DNA from: an uncultured delta proteobacterium
GTDB lineage: Bacteria > Desulfobacterota > Binatia > Binatales > Binataceae
DNA: 64,000 bases
Direction: 5' to 3'
Assembly (NCBI GenBank): GCA_963808235.1
Contig: CAWEEQ010000004.1
Span: 3,072,001-3,136,000, forward strand
Of this stretch, positions 57,465 through 64,000 are shown one piece after another. Made by a program: the position numbers and the translations under genes. The notes under the pieces are model-generated. The model saw nothing but the letters and a program-made list of their open reading frames with translations. It searched no databases and was not told where the DNA came from. Every line of letters starts with the position of its first letter. Position 1 is the stretch's first letter.

Positions 57465-59330
57465 TTATCCGCGCGCAGCGGACGGAGGGGCCGGTAGAAT
57501 CATCAAGCCACCAGTCGACGGATTGCGTCCTACATACACGCCGGTTTCGTAAACACGCTCGAGATTTTCCGCGGTCAGCACCTCGTCCGGCGTTCCGTAC
57601 GCGACCGAGTTGCCGTCGCTCAGCAGCAGCACGCGATCGGCATAGAGCGCGGCGGCGTTGAGATCGTGAAGGGTCGCAATCACGGTCATCCCGCGCTCGG
57701 TGGAGAGTTCGCGAAAGCGCGCGAAAATTTCGGCGACGTGCTTCAAGTCGAGAAATGCGGTCGGCTCGTCGAGCAGCGCAATCTTCGGCTCCTGCGCCAG
57801 CGCGCGCGCAAGGAATACGCGCTTGCGTTCGCCGCCGCTTAGCTCCTGCACGTGGCGTCCCGCAAGATGGGTCAGGTCGAAGCGCTCGAGCGCCGCGAAT
57901 GCAATTTCGAGATCGTGGCGACTCTCGAATCTGAATGCTCCAAGATGCGGCGCGCGTCCCATCAACACGATCTCGAGCACGGTGAAGCGAAATGCAACCG
58001 CGTTTTCCTGGCCGACCGACGCAACCGTGCGCGCAAGATCGCGGCGCTCGATTGAATCAAGCGGGCGGCCGAAAAGTTCGACGCTTCCGGCGGTCGCCTT
58101 CATCGAACCGCCCAGCACCTTGAGCAGCGTGGATTTGCCGGCGCCGTTCGGACCTACGATCGCCAGCATCTCGCCCGCCGCCACTTCGAGCGAGACGCCG
58201 TGAAGCACCGGCACGCCGGGGTATCCAGCGCGAATGGCACTCGCACGAATCGCGGTCTGAGAATTGGCGACCGTCATATCTAACGAGAGCGGCCTCCTTC
58301 CTTCGCGGCGCAGCATATAGATGAAGAACGGACCGCCGCAGAGCGCGGTGATCGCGCCGACCGGAATCTCGGCGGGAGCAATCGCGACTCGCGCGACCAG
58401 ATCCGCAGCGACCATGAACGCGGCGCCGCCGATCAGCGAAGCGGGAAGCAGCAGCCGATGATCGGCGCCGAAGACCAATCTCAGCGTGTGAGGAACGATT
58501 AGTCCGACGAAAGAAATTATTCCGCTGACCGATACTGCCGCGCCGATCATCACCGAAGTCGCGACGAAGATTGTCCGCCGCAGCGCGTCTACATCGACGC
58601 CGAGTTCCGCCGCCGACTCGTCGCCCAGGCTCAGAAGGTTCATATCTCGCGCGCGAAACATCAGGACGGCAAAGCCGCCGACCCCGAATACTGCGACGAT
58701 CGCCACTTCGCGATAGGTGGGAGCTTCGAGACTTCCCATCAGCCAGAACAGGATGCTGTGCGCGAAGTAAAAGTTCACCGCGCTGTTCACGAGCATGATC
58801 GCCGCCCCCCAGAACGCGTTGAAGATCACGCCGACTAACAGCAGCGTGAACGGCTCAAGCTGTCCGTCGACCATCGCGAGCCGATAAACGGCTACCGTCG
58901 AAAGCAGCGAGGCGGCAAACGCGCAGAGCGGAACCGCCGCTTCGCCGCCGCCGAGTCTCGCGAACATCACCAGCGCGATTATCGCGCCGAGTGCGCCGCC
59001 GCCCGAGATTCCCAGGATGCCTCCCTCGGCCAGCGGATTTCTGACCAATGCTTGCAGAGCGGCTCCCACTGCGGCCAGGACCGCGCCGACGACGATGCCC
59101 ATCAGCACGCGCGGCAGTCGCGCGCCAAAGAAAATTGCGTGGTCGGCACTCAGCGGATCGGTGAACGCGCGCGAGAAGCTGATATGCGCGCTGCCGAACG
59201 ACGCCGCCACGCCGGCGCATACGATCAACACGACGAACAGCGCGCCAAGGATCGAGAGCATTCGCGCGCGCGTCAGATGCGCCGCCGCGACCCGCTCCGC
59301 ATGCGCCGGATTGTCGGCGGTCGCACTCAC
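57465..59330 (-). CDS. BtuC/FecCD permease read in frame into a BtuD/HmuV-type ATPase (fusion may be an artefact)
   Basis: RLPR...NPLAE...SFVGLIVPH permease, then GPNGAGKST, LSGGERKR, LDEPT; internal ATG at 58277. Confidence 0.88.
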   Translation of the reverse strand: MSATADNPAHAERVAAAHLTRARMLSILGALFVVLIVCAGVAASFGSAHISFSRAFTDPLSADHAIFFGARLPRVLMGIVVGAVLAAVGAALQALVRNPLAEGGILGISGGGALGAIIALVMFARLGGGEAAVPLCAFAASLLSTVAVYRLAMVDGQLEPFTLLLVGVIFNAFWGAAIMLVNSAVNFYFAHSILFWLMGSLEAPTYREVAIVAVFGVGGFAVLMFRARDMNLLSLGDESAAELGVDVDALRRTIFVATSVMIGAAVSVSGIISFVGLIVPHTLRLVFGADHRLLLPASLIGGAAFMVAADLVARVAIAPAEIPVGAITALCGGPFFIYMLRREGRRPLSLDMTVANSQTAIRASAIRAGYPGVPVLHGVSLEVAAGEMLAIVGPNGAGKSTLLKVLGGSMKATAGSVELFGRPLDSIERRDLARTVASVGQENAVAFRFTVLEIVLMGRAPHLGAFRFESRHDLEIAFAALERFDLTHLAGRHVQELSGGERKRVFLARALAQEPKIALLDEPTAFLDLKHVAEIFARFRELSTERGMTVIATLHDLNAAALYADRVLLLSDGNSVAYGTPDEVLTAENLERVYETGVYVGRNPSTGGLMILPAPPSAARG

Positions 59331-60194
59331 TTAACGCCACCCGGTGCATCGCGCCACGCCTCCGGATGGATCATCCGCGCGATCATCTCGAGTGAGTCGC
59401 CCACTCGCGGGCCGGAATGAAGAATCGGACTTTCCGGGTAACCGAAAATTCGATGCTCCCGAACGGCCGGGATCGCGGGATACATATCCCAGAAGCCGCT
59501 CGACAACGTCGTGTCATTGCCCATCGAACCGTCGAGGATCACCTCGGGACGCATCGCGATAATGTACTCCATGCTGAGATGCGGCCACTCCTCGTTCGCC
59601 GGCGCAGCGATATTTTCGGCGTGCGCGATTTGCAACAGCTCGTCGAGATAGGTGCCGCGCCCGACCGCGACGATAGGCTGATGACCCACCAGCATCAGCG
59701 CGCGCTCGGATTTTACCGTAGATAGACGCGCGCGCACCGAGTCGATCTGCGCGCTGATTTGCGCTACCAGGCGGCGCGCTTCAGCCTCGCGGCCGATTCG
59801 CGCACCGACTGCTTCGATACTCGCATCGATTTCCTCTAGCGAGCCGTCACGGACCAGCAGCACCGGATAGCCCATCGATTTGAGCGCTCGTATCTGCCGC
59901 ACGTCCGACGATAGTCCAAGCCCAATCACTAGGGTGGGACGAAGCGCGATTATCGCTTCGAGATTTGGCGTCAGGAACGAACCGACTCGCGGCAGAGCTC
60001 GCACCGCGGGAGGATAGTCGCAGTAATCCGACACGCCGGCCACGCTCGGCCCGGCGCCCAGCGCAAACAGAGTCTCAGTCACCGACGGCGCCAGCGAAAC
60101 GATTCGCATCGGCGGGGCCGCATACGACCGGCGACACGACCGCAAGTGCGAAGAGCAAGAACGCGGCGACGGCCGCGAGGCGATGCGAAATCAC
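59327..60194 (-). CDS. BtuF-like periplasmic binding protein (+1 frameshift near 60128)
   Basis: RIVSLAPSVTE, YCDYP; signal peptide MISHRLAAVAAFLLFALAVVSP is in an adjacent frame. Confidence 0.85.
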
Positions 60195-60323
60195 ATCCGC
60201 GAAACTACCTGATCGTGCCCGCGTCCGTAAGCCGTAAAAAAGGCAACCTTGTTTGTTGCATCGGGTCTTTGTTGCATCCAGTCACGGCGCTCAACTAGCC
60301 TCGACCCGACAAGGAGTGTCGCA

Positions 60324-62148
60324 GTGCTCAAGATTGCCGTTTGCATCAAGCAGATCCCGCTCGTCGAAGAGGCCAACTTCGACGCCACCACCAGGACCAT
60401 CAAGCGTGACGGGCCTAACGTTATCAGCGCGTACGATCTGCGCGCCGTGTCGCTTGCGATCGAGCTGAAAAATCGCCATGGCGCGACAACGACCGTGGTG
60501 ACGATGGGACCGCCGCAGGCGCGCGCGCGCGCTCGTCGACGCGCTCGCGATGGGCATGGACCGCGCGGTGCATCTCGAAGATCGCGCGTTCGCCGGCGCG
60601 GATACACTCGCCACGGCGCGCGCGCTCGCGATTTGGCTGGCGCGCGAAAACTTCGATCTGATCCTGCTCGGCAAATACTCGCTCGACGCGGAGACCGGAC
60701 AGGTCGGTCCCGAAATCGCGGAGTTGATCGGCGCAGCACAGATAACCGGGGCTCGAAAGCTCGAGCTCGACGGAACGATGCTTCGTGCCGAGCGAGAGAG
60801 TGATGAAGGATTCGAGGAAGTCGAGGCTGCGATGCCCGCGGTGATCACCTGCGCCGAACGGATCGCGCAGCCGATCAAAGTCAAGCCGGGCGCTTCAGAC
60901 GAGGCGAAGACCAAGGCTGTCGAATCGGTGCGAGCATCGGAGCTCAGCACCAATCCCAGAGATTTCGGGCTTGCGGGATCGCCGACCTGGGTGCAGGAGG
61001 TTCGCGTTGTCGAGACGCCGAAGACGGAATGCAAATTTATCGACGCAAAGGATCCTGAACGCGCCGCGGCGGAGGTAGTTTCGCAGCTCGAAGAACTGGG
61101 CGCACTCGACCCACGCGTCCACCAGCGCCGGCCGATTCAGGAAGTCCGCCGCGCGAGCAAGCGCAGTCGCGACGTTTGGATAATTTGCGAGACGAATCTC
61201 GAGGGCCACATCACGCGCGGTACCCTGGAACTGCTCTCGCGCGGAGATGAACTCGCGACGCGGCTCGGCGGCGCGCTGGTCGCGGTTGGGTTTGGCGGCA
61301 CGATGACGCATCACGCCGGCCTCCTTGCGAGTTTCGGCGCCGACCAGGTGCTGCAAGTAGATCATCGTGCGCTCGAGTCGTACACACCCGAGGCTGCGGC
61401 TGAAGCCGTGGCGCAACTCGTTTCATCGCACGCGCCGTGGGGAATTTTGCTCGGCGCGACCGAGCACGGACGCGACTGGGGACCACGCCTCGCCGCGCGC
61501 ATGGGGCTCGGGCTCACCGGCGACGCGATCGACATCGAGCTGGACTCGGAAGATCGGATGGTCGCGCTCAAGCCGGCGTTTGGCGGAAATATCGTCGCGC
61601 CTATCTACTCCAAAACCTTCCCGCAGATGGCGACCGTGCGTCCGGGCGTGCTCGAACTCGCGGCACCGTCGGAAAGTAAACAGGCGGAGATCAAGACTGT
61701 GCGGCCCGAGATCGGTGCGCCGAAGAGCCGCCTTATCAAAACGCATTCACTGCTCGACACCACGATCGCGCCGCTCGAAGGCGCTGAAGTCGTGGTGGGT
61801 CTAGGCACGGGAGTGGGCGGGCCCGACGGCGTCACGAAGGCGGCGGAGTTCGCGCGGATGCTCGGCGCTGCGATCTGCGCGACGCGCCGCGTGACGGATC
61901 TCGGATGGGTGCCGCGTCAGTTGCAGGTCGGCTTGACCGGCAAGTCGATCGATCCGCGTCTGTATATCGCGATCGGAGTGCGCGGCGCGCCCAACCACAC
62001 CTGCGGCCTCAAGCGCGCGCAGACGATCGTTGCCATCAACAACGACGCCGACGCACTCATCTTCGAGCGCGCAAATATTGGGCTCGTCGCCGATTGGCAG
62101 GCTATCCTGCCGGCACTTCAAGACAGTTTTCTGCGTCGCCTCGCGTAG
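60324..62148 (+). CDS. Fused ETF beta-alpha protein (frameshift in a GC dinucleotide run, about 60519-60531)
   Basis: Beta motifs (CIKQIP, TMGPP, GADTLAT, GKYSLDAETGQVG) and alpha motifs (KPAFGG, QVGLTGK, VAINND). Confidence 0.88.
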
Positions 62149-62169
62149 CCCGTTAGCAAGTTAGCCGCA

Positions 62170-63247
62170 TTACGCTTGAATTTCGTACAGCGCGGAGAAC
62201 AAATCTTCGATCGGCAGCCGGCGAAAGTGCTTGAAGCCCGCTGCTGCAACGAGTTCGCGAGCTTTCGCTTCGCCCATGCATGCGCCGATTCCGGCTCCGC
62301 CGTGCGCAAGCGAGGTCGTCATGCAGTAAAGCGTGCTCATCGAATACATCAGCCGTCCCATCGGGTTGATGTTGTCCTCGAGATTCGACGAGACGTTCAC
62401 CTCGACCATCAGGTAGGTGCCGCCGGGCCTAAGCGCGTTGCGAATCGACTTGAGGAGTGCGTCGGGATCGACCGAGTCATGCACCACGTCAAAGGTGGAA
62501 ATGAAGTCAAACTCGGCAGTCGGCAGCTTCGTGCAGTCGACAACGTCGAATTTGATTCGATCGCCCAAGCCGGCCTCCCTGGCATTCGCGCGTGCGCGCT
62601 CGAGCGATCCGGCATGCGCATCGAAGCCGAAGACCCTCGGCTTTGGGAAACGCAGTCGCAATCGCGATCGCCGCACGTCCGCTCCCACAGCCAACGTCGA
62701 GCGACGATCCACCCTCGCTCAACTTCGCCACCACCTGCGGCATTGTGGGCAGCCACTTGCGAATCAACTGATGCCGGTACATCGAGGCCGACGAACGCTC
62801 CATCGCCTCCCAAGTCTCGGGTGGATACTCGCTCTGCGCCACGCCGCGCCCGTCCTTGAACGACTGCATGACTCTGGGTGCGATCGACATTTGCGGGACG
62901 ATCATTTCGATAAACCCGCCGGCGAAAAACGGCGAGTCGTCGCGCGCGAGGACCATCGCGTGCTCGGCCGGCATCGCATAAGTCTTTGCCGCGGGATCGT
63001 AGTTTACGTATCCAGCCGCCGTCATCGCGCCGAGCCATTCGCGCAGATACCGCTCACTTAACCCCGTCCGCTCTGCAAGATTCGCGCTGGTGACGGAACC
63101 TGCTTCGGCAAGCGCGCGGAAGATTCCCAGCCGATCGCCGATATAACTCAGCGCTCCCAACATCGCCGCGCCGATATCAGTCGAAACTTGCTTCGAGAAA
63201 TTTTTAATTTTGTTCCAGTCGAGTTGCGATTTGTCGTCTGCCATCAT
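62170..63247 (-). CDS. HTH-fused class I SAM methyltransferase (Rv2258c-like; +1 frameshift near 62635)
   Basis: IGDRLGIF, ERYLREWL, LDVGCGSG; FDVVHD and YCMTTSLA are in the second frame. Confidence 0.9.
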
Positions 63248-63292
63248 TTTCCTCCGCGCAAGTGCAGTATCGATCAATTCAGGCTTCCGCGG

Positions 63293-63742
63293 CTAGGCTT
63301 TCCAGACCTGCGGCTTTTGACCCTCCCACATCGCGGGCTGAGTACCAAGTTCAACTCGCAGCGGATCTATATGAATTAGAGACAAGTCTTTCGAATCCGG
63401 TCCCGAAGGCCAAAACTCTCTGAGGTCGTATCCGAAGATCCGCAGATTCCACACGCGGATCTTTTCCTCAAGATCATCGACGAGTCGCGCTTTTCCAGTA
63501 ACCGTAAGATGAGTTATCGGGCGCTTGCTCCCGACTTCATAGAAAAGTTCGACTCTGGAATCGCGCGCGATCTGGAGCGCTTTCGGGGAGGTCGGCTTGG
63601 TCGCAATCCAGACAGCGCGGCCCTCGAACCCCGGAAACACCACTCGGACCTTGGGTTGGCCGTTGTCGGTCGTGGCCAGGTAAGCACGGTTCGAGTTCCG
63701 TGCCACCGCATGAACTCTCTCCCAGAATTCTGAATCGGCCAT
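63293..63742 (-). CDS. Pyridoxamine 5'-phosphate oxidase / general stress protein 26-like
   Basis: AYLATTDNGQPKVR, SPKALQI. Confidence 0.82.
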   Translation of the reverse strand: MADSEFWERVHAVARNSNRAYLATTDNGQPKVRVVFPGFEGRAVWIATKPTSPKALQIARDSRVELFYEVGSKRPITHLTVTGKARLVDDLEEKIRVWNLRIFGYDLREFWPSGPDSKDLSLIHIDPLRVELGTQPAMWEGQKPQVWKA

Positions 63743-63746
63743 CGCG

Positions 63747-64000
63747 CTACTCTTCCGGCTCGACCGCCGGCTCCTCTGATTTGGTTTGCGGCGTATCGAA
63801 CATGGAAAGCTGAACCGGTTTGCCTTCGTCCTCATCGGCCGGCACGAACAGGCCGGGCTTATCGACAAAGATGCGAAATTTTTCGTACAGCTCGGCAAGC
63901 TTGGCCTGGTAGTAGTAAACATTTTCATCGGGATCGGCCGGATCGTACTCCGACGCCATCTTTGCGGCGGTATTCACGGTCGCGCTCGCTCTGCGCCCGG
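63747..64000 (-). CDS. C-terminal fragment, probably of a family-B (PolII-like) DNA polymerase
   Basis: ...EYDPADPDENVYYYQAKL... and a C-terminal QLSMF beta-clamp-binding motif; 5' end beyond the window. Confidence 0.55.
   Translation of the reverse strand, partial: GRRASATVNTAAKMASEYDPADPDENVYYYQAKLAELYEKFRIFVDKPGLFVPADEDEGKPVQLSMFDTPQTKSEEPAVEPEE

Noticed and set aside
60195-60323. Cobalamin riboswitch upstream of the btuFCD-like operon
   Set aside because: The divergent intergenic region is only about 130 bp and has no recognisable B12-box or core motifs.
1-64000. Prophage, integrase, transposase, defence system, tRNA or rRNA
   Set aside because: No ORF or sequence with such motifs was recognised by eye.

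Overview
This 64-kb window is GC-rich, gene-dense bacterial chromosome with about 70 coding regions. Gene content (DUF1329 protein, small secreted 'ALVGWCLIMPP' protein, many SRPBCC/MaoC/PNPOx genes) resembles Candidatus Binatota soil bacteria, but this is inference only. Most genes are housekeeping or general metabolism: glmS, macAB, etfBA, aqpZ, biotin carboxylase, moaB/moaDE, ispH, btuFCD-like, hydA, yegD, a GH38 mannosidase and the C-terminus of a PolB-like polymerase. I found no rRNA, tRNA, CRISPR array, prophage or transposase. The best signals are non-coding: (1) a complete glmS riboswitch-ribozyme upstream of glmS in an apparently diderm organism; (2) a micro-uORF/anti-Shine-Dalgarno attenuator in front of an ABC-F ATPase; (3) a repeat-rich zone (43.5-50 kb) with three REP-like families, a 395-bp MITE-like insert inside a REP with a 7-bp target duplication, a 9-unit 18-bp tandem array and 59-bp direct repeats bracketing a methyltransferase; (4) twin divergent ECF-type promoters linking an ECF sigma/anti-sigma pair to a Tat-phosphoesterase/CuA-cupredoxin operon. 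Nine genes have single-base frameshifts, mostly in short homopolymers, which looks like sequencing or assembly error.
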